A stretch of DNA of 64,000 nucleotides. Source: Candidatus Omnitrophica bacterium CG11_big_fil_rev_8_21_14_0_20_41_12. Its GTDB lineage: Bacteria > Omnitrophota > Gorgyraeia > Gygaellales > Profunditerraquicolaceae. The stretch's first letter is position 1, and each line of letters opens with the position of its first letter. Shown here one piece after another: positions 30,436-42,338 of this stretch. The notes under the pieces were generated by a model that saw only the letters and a list, made by a program, of their open reading frames with translations, made no database searches and was not told the origin of the DNA. Location of the stretch: contig PCWB01000055.1 of assembly GCA_002796135.1 (NCBI GenBank), positions 22,109 to 86,108 on the forward strand. Direction: 5' to 3'. A program made the position numbers and the translations under genes.

Positions 30436-30978
30436 ATGGATATTCTACTGCATATCTGTTGCGGCCCTTGCCTGATTTACCCTTTTAGCAGATTAAAAAG
30501 TCAGGGATTTAAGATAAAAGGTTTTTTTTATAATCCTAATATTTATCCGCCTGCTGAATTTAGTAAACGTCAAGAGAGCTTGGATATTCTCAGTAAAGAT
30601 CTAGAGCTTAATGTGGAGAGCCCTGAGTACCGGCCTTCTGATTTTTTTCAAGCAATTGATAAAAAAGAAAACACGCCGGAGCGTTGCCTGAGCTGCTGGT
30701 GGCTTCGTTTGCAAGCAACAGCTCAGCGCGCCAAAGAGAATGGCTTAAAGCTTTTTAGCACAACTTTGTTAGTTAGCCCCTATCAGGATCATGAAACCCT
30801 TAAGCAGTTAGGCCAGAAAGTAGCCGAAGATACAGGGGTAGATTTTTATTATGAAGATTTCCGAACGGGTTTTCGGCCGGCATATCAAGAAGCAAAACAG
30901 AGAGGTCTCTATTTACAGAAATATTGTGGTTGTAAGTATTCCATCAAAGGAAAGGTTTGTCAAGTAAATGAAAAATAA
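30436..30978 (+). CDS. queH: Epoxyqueuosine reductase QueH
   Basis: LLHICCGPC, FYNPNI, RCLSC, TTLLVSPYQ, QKYCGCKYS. Confidence 0.93.
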   Translation: MDILLHICCGPCLIYPFSRLKSQGFKIKGFFYNPNIYPPAEFSKRQESLDILSKDLELNVESPEYRPSDFFQAIDKKENTPERCLSCWWLRLQATAQRAKENGLKLFSTTLLVSPYQDHETLKQLGQKVAEDTGVDFYYEDFRTGFRPAYQEAKQRGLYLQKYCGCKYSIKGKVCQVNEK

Positions 30979-32143
30979 AATAATTTTATTATTGTTTTGC
31001 GCCTTGTTTAATTTCAATTTATCATTGGCTGCGGATAGCCAGGCTCCGGCTAAGGAGGCTATTGGCAGGGGTATCTGGGTATCGGTATTCTCCGCCCAGG
31101 AGTCCCTTTATTCAAAAGAAGGAGTGAATAAGCTGATTGCCCAATGCAAGAAGGCCAAGATTAACGAGATTTACCTGCAGATCTTTCAGTCCGGTAATGC
31201 TTATTATGATTCTAAGATCTGTAACCGGGAGAAATATGACCAGATGATTAAAGCCGCCGGGCTAGATACTTTAGATTTATTGCTCAGAGAGGCAGTGAAA
31301 AATAATATCAGTGTTTATGCCTGGATAAACATCTTAGGCCTGGGGAATAATGATAAAGCGGATATCATCAACAAGTACGGTAGTTCTGTTTTAACCCGCG
31401 ACCAGTATCAGAGAACATCCAAGACTACCTCCCGCCTGGAATTAGATAAGTATTACTTAAGAGAAAATATGGTATTTTTAGAGCCGGGTGACCCCAGAGT
31501 AGAGGAGTATATCTTAACGATTGTTAATGAAATCATTAACCGTTATCCGCTATTCAGCGGAATACATTTAGATTATATCCGCTATCCTTCACCGGTGCCG
31601 TTTGTGCCGGGATCAAGATTTAACAAATTCGGTTTGACCTACGGGTACGGTACAAAAAATGTTGAGCGATTTGCCGATAAAACCGGGCTGAATTGCTTAG
31701 ATACTTTAAATAATGAAGATGAGTATTTAGCCTGGGATAATTGGAGAAGAGCACAGGTGACCCAATTAGTGCGTAAGATTTCCAGCCTGGTTAAACTTAA
31801 ATCTCCCGGCCTTGCAGTTTCATGTGCGGTTATTGCCGCCCCTGAGCGCGCATATAACAATGCTTTTCAGGATTGGTCAGCCTGGTTGGAAGAGGGGATT
31901 ATTGATTATGCCGTATTAATGGCATATACCAAAGATAACCAGTATGTTAAAGAGATAGTTAAATCCGCCCTGGGCCACCGCGGTAAAGGAAAAATTTATG
32001 TTGGTATGGGGCTATTTTTAATGAAAGATAATCCGGATTTATTCTTTAACCAATACCGCTTGATTTGCGAACTTGCCCCCGACGGAGTAGTTATTTTTTC
32101 CATTGATGACTTAACCGACCAGATTATCGGCTACCTAGATTAA
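30968..32143 (+). CDS. Secreted glycosyl hydrolase-like family 10 (GHL10, YddW/DigH-like) protein
   Basis: Signal peptide; RGIWV, VYAWIN, FLEPGDPRV, GIHLDYIRYP, QDWSAWL. Confidence 0.8.
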   Translation: MKNKIILLLFCALFNFNLSLAADSQAPAKEAIGRGIWVSVFSAQESLYSKEGVNKLIAQCKKAKINEIYLQIFQSGNAYYDSKICNREKYDQMIKAAGLDTLDLLLREAVKNNISVYAWINILGLGNNDKADIINKYGSSVLTRDQYQRTSKTTSRLELDKYYLRENMVFLEPGDPRVEEYILTIVNEIINRYPLFSGIHLDYIRYPSPVPFVPGSRFNKFGLTYGYGTKNVERFADKTGLNCLDTLNNEDEYLAWDNWRRAQVTQLVRKISSLVKLKSPGLAVSCAVIAAPERAYNNAFQDWSAWLEEGIIDYAVLMAYTKDNQYVKEIVKSALGHRGKGKIYVGMGLFLMKDNPDLFFNQYRLICELAPDGVVIFSIDDLTDQIIGYLD

Positions 32144-32157
32144 TAACTATTAATAAA

Positions 32158-33150
32158 ATGCCAAAGCTTGCTGAGTTTGATTATCTGCTGCCTAAAGAAT
32201 TAATTGCCCAATATCCGCTTGAAAACAGGGAAGCTGCCCGGCTTTTGATCCTCAACCGGAAAACCGGCGAGCTTGGCCACGGTATATTCAAAGACATCGG
32301 TAATTTTTTCCAAAAGAATGATCTTTTGGTGCTCAATGATACCAAGGTTCTGCATTGCCGCTTAATGGGTAAAAAGATAACCGGGGGCAGGGTTGAGATT
32401 TTGCTCACCCGTAGGACCAACGGCACAACTTTTTCCTGCCTGGTTCAGCCCAGCCGCACAAAAGTAAAAGAGGTCATTTTTTTTGCCGCAGGCAAGATCA
32501 AAGGTACAATTTGCGGCCGCGGAAAAATTAGTTTTAAACAAGCTGATGCGGATCAAATTTATAATTTCGGCGTTGTACCTTTGCCTCCTTATATAAAACG
32601 CGAGCCTGAAGATTTAGATAAGATTTATTATCAGACGGTTTATGCTAAGAATGAAGGGGCGCTGGCATCTCCTACTGCCGGCCTGCATTTTAGTCAAGAT
32701 TCACTTAAGAGTATTGAATCTTGCGGGGTTAATCTGGCTTATGTTACCCTGCATGTAGGGTTAGGCACGTTTCGTCCGGTTAAATGTGAAGAGATAACCG
32801 AACATAAGATGGAGCCGGAATCGTTTTTTGTTCCTGGTAAAACCTCAGAGTTAATTAAACAAACCAAAATTAATCATGGGCGTATTATTGCTGTGGGCAC
32901 AACCGCACTGCGGGCTCTGGAAACTTTTGCTGACGGCAGAAAAGAAGGAAATACCGATTTATTCATTTATCCGGGATATAAATTCAAATTAGTCGATTGC
33001 CTCCTGACTAATTTTCATCTTCCTAAAACTACTCTTTTGATGTTGGTCTGCGCTTTTGCCGGCAGAGATTTGATGTTAAAAGCCTATCAGGAAGCAGTCG
33101 AGAAAAAATACAGATTTTACAGTTACGGCGACGCAATGTTGATCGTTTAA
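32158..33150 (+). CDS. queA: SAM:tRNA ribosyltransferase-isomerase
   Basis: FDYLLPKELIAQYP, PLPPYI, PTAGLHF, TLHVGLGTF, TNFHLP, YRFYSYGDAM. Confidence 0.97.
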   Translation: MPKLAEFDYLLPKELIAQYPLENREAARLLILNRKTGELGHGIFKDIGNFFQKNDLLVLNDTKVLHCRLMGKKITGGRVEILLTRRTNGTTFSCLVQPSRTKVKEVIFFAAGKIKGTICGRGKISFKQADADQIYNFGVVPLPPYIKREPEDLDKIYYQTVYAKNEGALASPTAGLHFSQDSLKSIESCGVNLAYVTLHVGLGTFRPVKCEEITEHKMEPESFFVPGKTSELIKQTKINHGRIIAVGTTALRALETFADGRKEGNTDLFIYPGYKFKLVDCLLTNFHLPKTTLLMLVCAFAGRDLMLKAYQEAVEKKYRFYSYGDAMLIV

Positions 33151-33247
33151 TCTAAGCAAGGCATATCGATGGAAAAATAAAAATAGCCGCGGAACGGGCA
33201 GTTATCTTTCGGCACAGGCTTCAGAAAAATTCTTGTTATAAAAAAGC

Positions 33248-33276
33248 TTGACAATCTATAGTTAATCTAGTAAAGT
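33248..33276 (+). promoter_or_regulatory. Sigma70-type promoter of the ArsR-MMPL module
   Basis: TTGACA (33248-53), 17 bp, TAAAGT (33271-76). Confidence 0.65.
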
Positions 33277-33297
33277 AGTTTCGAAATACATAAACTA
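33276..33297. promoter_or_regulatory. Putative ArsR-family operator (inverted repeat)
   Basis: TAGTTT-N10-AAACTA overlapping the -10 box and the presumed transcription start. Confidence 0.5.
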
Positions 33298-33323
33298 TGA
33301 AATAGCTATCGAAGGGAATAACA

Positions 33324-33674
33324 ATGGATAAAAATATGGAAGAGAAAATGTTTCAGATGCATGCCGAGGTTTGTAAAAGCATGGCTAACCCCACACGCTT
33401 AAAAATTATCAATCTATTGGGTGCAGGAGAAAAAAGCGTCGAAGAACTAAGAAAAAGGCTCAAATTGCCGAAAGCGAATCTTTCTCAGCATTTGAGTATA
33501 CTGCGTCAACGCAGGATTGTTGCTGCAAGGAGAGAGGGCCTTAATGTTTACTATAAGTGCGCAAATCAAAAAATGCTCAAGGCTTGTGAGATTCTGCGGG
33601 AAGTGCTGATGGAGCAACTTGCCGAAGGGGGCCGTTTGGGTAAATGGATAGATAAGGGGAAAAATGAAACTTGA
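33324..33674 (+). CDS. ArsR/SmtB-family transcriptional repressor
   Basis: KSMANPTRLKII, NLSQHLSILR, RREGLNVYY winged HTH. Confidence 0.92.
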   Translation: MDKNMEEKMFQMHAEVCKSMANPTRLKIINLLGAGEKSVEELRKRLKLPKANLSQHLSILRQRRIVAARREGLNVYYKCANQKMLKACEILREVLMEQLAEGGRLGKWIDKGKNET

Positions 33675-35964
33675 GCGCTTAACGCAAGCGGTTTTGGGCC
33701 GTCCTAAGCTGGTAATTGGGCTTGTAGCCGCCATTAGTATTTTCTTCATCGCGCAGTTTCCCAAGATTACGATTGATACTGATCCCAAGCATATGCTTCC
33801 TGAGGCTTCGCCTGTGCGCCAGTATAATGACTTGGTGGAAAAAGATTTTGTCCTTCATCCGGATGTGATCGTATTGGGGATAGTTAACAAGGATGGAATT
33901 TTTAACCCGCAAACGCTTAAATATGTAAAAGATCTGACGAATGCCGTTCGACAGATTCCCGGTGTGATTGTGCGGGACGTGGATAGCCTGACTACCGTCG
34001 AGAATGTATTTTCTAATCAGGGTGAACTTATCGTCAGGCCCGCTTTAGGCGATATTCCGGATACGGAAGCAGGGCTGGCAGCTTTACGCAAAAGTATTTT
34101 AGATAACGCGCTTTTTGTAAATCGTTTTATTTCTCCGGATGGTTTAGCCGTAGCGATTTTCATTCCTATAGAGCCGACGGCCAACGGTAAGGAAATCGCT
34201 GATAAAATTCGTGCGATGCTGCCAAAGAATTCAAGGCCCAATCAATTTTATCTTGCCGGAGATCCGGTTGCCCGCGATACATTCGGGACAGAGATGTTCC
34301 GTCAGATGGGGCTTTTTTCTCCTATCGCCGGTTTAGTGATGTGTATCGCGCTATGGTTTATGTTCCGCAATATTACCGTGATTATCGCTAACATGGCTGT
34401 TGCAATGATTAGCATCATTTGGAGCATGGGAGGCTTGATTGGTTTAGGGTTTCCCGTTCACATCATGAGTTCTATGGCTCCGGTTTTTTTAATGGCGATT
34501 GCCACTGATGCGGTGCATATTTTTAATGAGTTTGCTTTTCGGCTTGGCGAAGGACAAGATAAACGCAAAGCCATTCTAGAGACAATGAAAGTCGTTGCCT
34601 TGCCAATTTTTTATTCGGATGTCACCACTGCCGTGGGTTTTGCCGCGCTGGCAACAGTCACTATTGTTCCTGTTAAGATTTTCGGGTTAGTTGTTGCGTT
34701 TGGAACGCTGGTGATCCTTTTCATGAGTTTTACTTTTATTCCGGCCTTGCTGATGCTTATTCCTGAAAAGCATATTTTAAAGCTTGCTGCGGTGCATGGA
34801 AAAGGGGAAAAGTTCTCCCCTGTACTTTTACGCCTGGGAGGCTTTTGCGTAGAAAAGGCCAAACCTATTTTACTTGTAGGTATCGTGTTATTTATCGTGG
34901 CGCTAGCAGGCCTGGCGCGCATTCATGTTAACAACAACATGGTGCATTGGTTTAAATTTAATAGTGAAGTCAGAAGCGCAGACCGCGTTATGAATAAATA
35001 TCTTGGCGGGACTTCCACGGCTTATTTAGTTGTTCGGGCCAAAAATGAGGGCGCTGTAGGAGATCCCGCGTTTTTACGCCAAATTGAAGGCCTGCAGCGC
35101 GAATTGGAAAAAGATCCTTTAATCGGAAAAACATTTTCCTTGGCAGACTATATTAAACGCACAAATCTGGTAATGCATGATGATGCGCCGCTATTTAATC
35201 GTATTCCGGATTCTAAGCAGGAAGTAGGGCAGTATTTATTTCTTTTACAGTCAGCAGCCAAGCCCCGGCATCTGGATAACGTTGTCGATTTTTCCCTTAA
35301 AACTGCCAATATCATCATTCAGTTGAAAAGCTGGGACGCTGACACGATGAAGTCAGTAATCGGGCGGGCAAATAGTTTTTTCGCTGCGCATCCGTTGCCG
35401 GAAGTAGAGGATTTTAAACCGGCCGGGATCGCTTATTTTAATATGGTCTGGGACCATGAGGTGCTTTGGGGGATGGTTAGCAGTTTTCTCTGGGGGCTTA
35501 TTCTGGTATTGATACTGCTTGTTTTTCAGACCCGTTCGTTTCTCTGGGGGATTTTGAGTTTTCTGCCGCTGCTATTTACAATCGCATTGATTTATGGTGT
35601 CGTGGGATTAATCGGGAAAGATTTTGATATGCCGGTCGCTGTGTTATCCACGCTTTCCTTGGGTATGGCGGTTGATTTTGCCATCCATTTCGTCGGCCGG
35701 TTCCAGCAGCGGTATAAAGAAGACCCCCGGTTAAGAGAGGCTCTTATCTGGACGGTAGCCCGGCCCGGCAAAGGGATTTTTCTTAATGCTGTTCTTTTTG
35801 CCTTAGGGTTTGCCGTAATGGCTTTTGCAGCTTTAACTCCGTATATCACCGTGGGAGTTTTTATGGCGGCGATTATGGTTCTTTCTTCGGTGATGAGTGT
35901 TATTTATCTGCCGGCGCTTATTCAATTGGGGCGTCAAAAACTAATCAAGCGAGGTGGCGTATGA
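33664..35964 (+). CDS. MMPL/RND-family exporter
   Basis: Duplicated periplasmic loop + TM bundle; MAIATDAVHI, TTAVGFAAL, LGMAVDFAIHF. Confidence 0.9.
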   Translation: MKLERLTQAVLGRPKLVIGLVAAISIFFIAQFPKITIDTDPKHMLPEASPVRQYNDLVEKDFVLHPDVIVLGIVNKDGIFNPQTLKYVKDLTNAVRQIPGVIVRDVDSLTTVENVFSNQGELIVRPALGDIPDTEAGLAALRKSILDNALFVNRFISPDGLAVAIFIPIEPTANGKEIADKIRAMLPKNSRPNQFYLAGDPVARDTFGTEMFRQMGLFSPIAGLVMCIALWFMFRNITVIIANMAVAMISIIWSMGGLIGLGFPVHIMSSMAPVFLMAIATDAVHIFNEFAFRLGEGQDKRKAILETMKVVALPIFYSDVTTAVGFAALATVTIVPVKIFGLVVAFGTLVILFMSFTFIPALLMLIPEKHILKLAAVHGKGEKFSPVLLRLGGFCVEKAKPILLVGIVLFIVALAGLARIHVNNNMVHWFKFNSEVRSADRVMNKYLGGTSTAYLVVRAKNEGAVGDPAFLRQIEGLQRELEKDPLIGKTFSLADYIKRTNLVMHDDAPLFNRIPDSKQEVGQYLFLLQSAAKPRHLDNVVDFSLKTANIIIQLKSWDADTMKSVIGRANSFFAAHPLPEVEDFKPAGIAYFNMVWDHEVLWGMVSSFLWGLILVLILLVFQTRSFLWGILSFLPLLFTIALIYGVVGLIGKDFDMPVAVLSTLSLGMAVDFAIHFVGRFQQRYKEDPRLREALIWTVARPGKGIFLNAVLFALGFAVMAFAALTPYITVGVFMAAIMVLSSVMSVIYLPALIQLGRQKLIKRGGV

Positions 35965-36782
35965 GAAAAATACTCTCTGTTGCGGTAATTGTTTTTCTAT
36001 TATTGGTGAATATATTTTGGACTGAAAATGCCTGTGCTCAAGATACGCAAAACGCAGAGGCTGTGATGAACGAAATGCTTTTAGCTTATTATTATCCTCA
36101 AACCGATGTCAAAAACGAGATATCTATGCGTATCGTGAATCGTCAAGGCCAGATCCGCCAGCGGCGCCTAACCATGCTTCGTCTTAACCAGTCACCCGGC
36201 GGCGATCAGTCTTATTACATCTACTTCCATGAGCCTGCCGAGGTTAGAGGGATGAGTTTTTTAGTTTTAAAGCATCTTGGCCGCGATGACGACCGCTGGC
36301 TTTATTTGCCGGCGATTGATCTGGTTAAGCGTATTGCTACGAGTGACAAGCGGACGAGTTTTGCGGGGTCAGACTTTACTTATGAAGATGTTTCCGGGCG
36401 CGCTCTTGATGCAGATAAGCATGAGTTGATCGGCGAAGAAAATCTTGGTACGTATTCCTGCCTTGTAGTGAAAAGTACGCCGCAACGCCCGGGAGAGGCA
36501 GAATTTAGCTATCGGAAATTCTGGCTTGATAAAACAACGCATCTTCCGCTTAAGATGGAGCATTATGATCTTAAGGGTAAGATTTACAAGGTTTATGAGG
36601 CCCAAGAGGTTCAAACCATCCAGGGTATCCCGACAATCACCAAAGCCGCGATGAAGGATCTTGAGAACGAACGGTCTACCGAGATTGCAATAAAAAACGT
36701 CTCTTATAATGTGGGAATTACTTCCGAGATTTTCCAAGAAAGGCTTTTGCGCAGGCCTCCCAGAGAATGGATTGGAGAATAA
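35961..36782 (+). CDS. Outer membrane lipoprotein-sorting (LolA-like) protein
   Basis: Signal peptide; FHEPAEVRGMSFL, DDRWLYLPA, SFAGSDFTYED. Confidence 0.88.
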   Translation: MRKILSVAVIVFLLLVNIFWTENACAQDTQNAEAVMNEMLLAYYYPQTDVKNEISMRIVNRQGQIRQRRLTMLRLNQSPGGDQSYYIYFHEPAEVRGMSFLVLKHLGRDDDRWLYLPAIDLVKRIATSDKRTSFAGSDFTYEDVSGRALDADKHELIGEENLGTYSCLVVKSTPQRPGEAEFSYRKFWLDKTTHLPLKMEHYDLKGKIYKVYEAQEVQTIQGIPTITKAAMKDLENERSTEIAIKNVSYNVGITSEIFQERLLRRPPREWIGE

Positions 36783-36783
36783 T

Positions 36784-38154
36784 TTGTTGGGCAAGGCCGG
36801 CATTATTATTCCGATATGTTTTATTCTGTCCGTCTCCAGCAGTAAGCTTTTGTTTGCTGAATCCGTGTCTACTGATGTCAGAGAAACAGTCGGCACGCCT
36901 CAAGACGAAAAGAAACCGCCGGATGCTTGGTCTAGAATCTTTGATTCAGTCCATGGATTTATAGAGGCTGCTTACGGACCTAAATTTTCAGGAGATAAGC
37001 TGACGCAAAAGAATGGCTATAATCTCCTAGAGCAACGCCTCCAGCTTAAAGTGGATTACCGGCCGCAAGAACCTGCCTGGTTTGCGTCATGGAATCCGGA
37101 ATTTTTCTATAAAGCGGATCTTTTGGCTGATGAATATAAGGAAACCCTGCGGTATCAGACTCGTGAAGGATATGGGCTGTTTAGCCCTCTTTCCTGGATG
37201 GATATTAAGCTGGGAAGGCAGATTCTTACCTGGGGAACCGGTGATTATCTTTTTATCAACGATGTCTTCCCGAAGGACTACGAATCATTCTTTACCGGCC
37301 GGGATGATGAATACCTCAAGGTACCTTTAGATGCCGGAAAGTTCTCCATATTTAGCCGTTTAGTTTCAATGGATGTGGCGGTTATTCCTTTTTTTGCTCC
37401 GGATGTCTCATTTACCGGAGATCGTTTGAGTTTCTACGATAATTTTCTTGGCTGGATTGCAGGTACGCAGTCAAGCCGGGTATTCATAGAGCCCGCGGTT
37501 CAGTTCAAGAATACAGAAATAGCCGCTCGTCTATATCGTAATTTCGGAGAGTATGAAACAGCTGTTTACATGTTCAAAGGATTTTTTAATCAGCCGTTCG
37601 GTATTCAGGATGAGAATGCAAAAGAGGTATTTTATCCCAAGCTTGCAGTTTTTGGGGCGAGTATCCGCGGGCCTGCGCCGTCTGCCGGAGGGATCGCTTC
37701 CGGTGAAATAGGTTACTATGATTCTTTAGAAGATCGTAATGGTAAAAACCGGCTCATTGAGAATTCGGGGATGAAGTATCTTCTTGGTTACGAGCGGGAT
37801 TTCCCCAAGGATTGGCGCTTAGGTTTGCAGTATTACGTAGAACAGATGCTGGATTTTGATGAATTCAAAGCAAACAGCCAGCCCGGAGATATCCCCCAAG
37901 ATGAGTTTCGGCAACTCTTAACTTTGCGCGTCACCAAGCTCTTCAGGTTTCAAACTTTAGAGGCATCACTTTTTACTTTTTACAGTCCCACGGATAGTGA
38001 TGCCTACATACGGCCGCGCCTTGCCTGGCAGGCAAATGATCGTTGGAAATTGACCGCAGGGGTAAATGTTTTTTTTGGTAAACACGATTGGACCGAGTTT
38101 GGCCAATTGGAAGGTAACGACAACTTTTATCTAAGGCTTAGATATAGCTTTTAA
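36784..38154 (+). CDS. Putative outer-membrane beta-barrel (DUF1302-like)
   Basis: TTG start after GGAG; signal peptide; LGRQILTWG; C-terminal YLRLRYSF barrel signal. Confidence 0.75.
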   Translation: MLGKAGIIIPICFILSVSSSKLLFAESVSTDVRETVGTPQDEKKPPDAWSRIFDSVHGFIEAAYGPKFSGDKLTQKNGYNLLEQRLQLKVDYRPQEPAWFASWNPEFFYKADLLADEYKETLRYQTREGYGLFSPLSWMDIKLGRQILTWGTGDYLFINDVFPKDYESFFTGRDDEYLKVPLDAGKFSIFSRLVSMDVAVIPFFAPDVSFTGDRLSFYDNFLGWIAGTQSSRVFIEPAVQFKNTEIAARLYRNFGEYETAVYMFKGFFNQPFGIQDENAKEVFYPKLAVFGASIRGPAPSAGGIASGEIGYYDSLEDRNGKNRLIENSGMKYLLGYERDFPKDWRLGLQYYVEQMLDFDEFKANSQPGDIPQDEFRQLLTLRVTKLFRFQTLEASLFTFYSPTDSDAYIRPRLAWQANDRWKLTAGVNVFFGKHDWTEFGQLEGNDNFYLRLRYSF

Positions 38155-38166
38155 GAGGAGGTGTCC

Positions 38167-38520
38167 ATGGATAAAATAACTGTTATACTTAACGAAGGCC
38201 CTAACACAATGCGTTCTTGGAATGGTTTGCGTCTGACAGGAGGTTTGTTGGATGTAAATTTACAGGCGGAAGTAGTTTTGTTTGATGAGTCGGTTTTCTG
38301 CGCTAAAAAATCCCAAAATCCACCGGAAGATCTAAAGGGATTGAATCTTAGCCAGAAGTTATCGGAGTTGATCAAGCTGGGAGTTAAAGTTTTGGTCTGC
38401 GGAAGCTGTTGCCAGGCTCGAGGCGTAAAGTCAGAAGAATTGGTTGATGGAGCCCAGATCTGTTGTCTGACGGATGTGGCAAACGCCATAAAGACAAGCA
38501 GGCAAACATTAGTATTTTAA
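38167..38520 (+). CDS. DsrE/F-like (YchN-type) sulfur-relay protein
   Basis: VILNEGP, LFDESV, VCGSCCQARG; SD GAGGAG then ATG 38167. Confidence 0.85.
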   Translation: MDKITVILNEGPNTMRSWNGLRLTGGLLDVNLQAEVVLFDESVFCAKKSQNPPEDLKGLNLSQKLSELIKLGVKVLVCGSCCQARGVKSEELVDGAQICCLTDVANAIKTSRQTLVF

Positions 38521-38554
38521 AACACCTCGCGCTAATTGGAATTGCGCGAGTGTT
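38521..38554 (+). repeat. Intergenic hairpin, copy 2 of the repeated structured element
   Basis: AACACCTCGCGC-TAATTGGAATT-GCGCGAGTGTT; 25/32 identical to the 3706-3737 core. Confidence 0.75.
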
Positions 38555-38576
38555 CCCTTGTGGGAAGGAGGATATA

Positions 38577-39319
38577 ATGCTCAATCTAAATCCTGATGAG
38601 ATTAAGAAACTGGTTAAAGATAAATACAGCAAGGTCGCTTGTGATCCTTATGGGGTGTATAATTTTCCCGTAGGAAAAGCGTTTGCCTTGAAAGTCGGTT
38701 ACCCTCAAGAAGTTTTGGATACGCTTCCTGTTTCTTTGATGGAGTCTTTTACCGGCGCCAATAACCCTCAGCCGTTTGTGGAACTGAAGCCAGGCGAGAT
38801 TGTATTGGATTTAGGTTGCGGCGGCGGCCTGGATTTATATTTTTATAGCCAGGCTGTGGGGCCGCAAGGAAAGGTTTATGGCGTAGATATTTCCGAAGAT
38901 ATGGTGAACCGGGCAAAAGACAATATGCGTAAAACGGAAAGAGCAAATACGGAAATCCGTATCGGAGAATCTGACAGCATCCCTTTTAACGAAGCATTCT
39001 TTGATCTGGTTGCCTCAAACGGTATTTATAACCTATCTCCGGATAAAGAAGCGGCCATGAAAGAGGTGTTTAGGGTTTTAAAACTCGGAGGCCGGACGGT
39101 CTTTTGTGAAATTGTTCTAAAAGAGCCGTTGTCTGAGGATGAAAGGAAAAATCATAGCGATTGGTTTAGGTGTATCGGCGGAGCTTTGGTGGAAAATGAT
39201 TTTATCGATTTAATGAAAAAAGTTGGCTTTGAGAATATAGAAGTTATATCTACCTGCCGTAATGCCCGCACCGGACATCCTTCGGCTATTTGCGCAAATA
39301 TACGCGCCTATAAAAGATA

Positions 39320-39320
<1 letters not shown>
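38577..39320 (+). CDS. Class I SAM-dependent methyltransferase, arsenite methyltransferase (ArsM)-like
   Basis: VLDLGCGGGLD, VYGVDIS, FDLVASNGIYNL, WFRCIGGAL; SD AAGGAGG then ATG 38577. Confidence 0.8.
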
Positions 39321-41918
<2,598 letters not shown>

Positions 41919-41919
41919 T

Positions 41920-41965
41920 GGCCCGTCCTAAATGGTGTAGAGGACGGCCTTCCCCACGAGGGTAA
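41920..41965 (+). promoter_or_regulatory. Tandem-hairpin leader upstream of rplS
   Basis: GG-C-CCGTCCT-(11-nt loop)-AGGACGG-CC, then CCC-ACGA-GGG just before SD AAAGGAG. Confidence 0.5.
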
Positions 41966-41981
41966 GAAAGGAGTAACAATA

Positions 41982-42338
41982 ATGGATATTAAATCAATCG
42001 AGGCAGGATTTGCCAAGAAAGAGATGCCGGAAATTAACGTCGGAGACACGGTAAAAGTAATGACCAGGATTAAGGAGGGCCCGGATAAATTCCGGTTGCA
42101 TCCTTTTGAGGGAGTGATCATTGCCAAAACCGGCTCAGGTTCTAAAGTTAATTTTACGGTTAAGAAAGTTTCCTTTGGTGAGGGGATTGAGCGTGTATTC
42201 CCGCTTTATTCACCGGTTATCGAGCGCATTGAACTTATCCGCTCAGGTAAAGTCAGGAGAGCCAAGCTTTATTATTTAAGAGGTAAGATCGGCAAGCACG
42301 CTACTAAAATAGAAAGTAAAACAGAAAAACCAAGTTAG
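41982..42338 (+). CDS. rplS: 50S ribosomal protein L19
   Basis: GDTVKV, FEGVIIA, GIERVFPLYSP, GKVRRAKLYYLR. Confidence 0.98.
   Translation: MDIKSIEAGFAKKEMPEINVGDTVKVMTRIKEGPDKFRLHPFEGVIIAKTGSGSKVNFTVKKVSFGEGIERVFPLYSPVIERIELIRSGKVRRAKLYYLRGKIGKHATKIESKTEKPS

Noticed and set aside
33151-33240. Possible preQ1 riboswitch or tRNA near the que genes
   Set aside because: No preQ1 consensus or cloverleaf recognisable; only weak pairing
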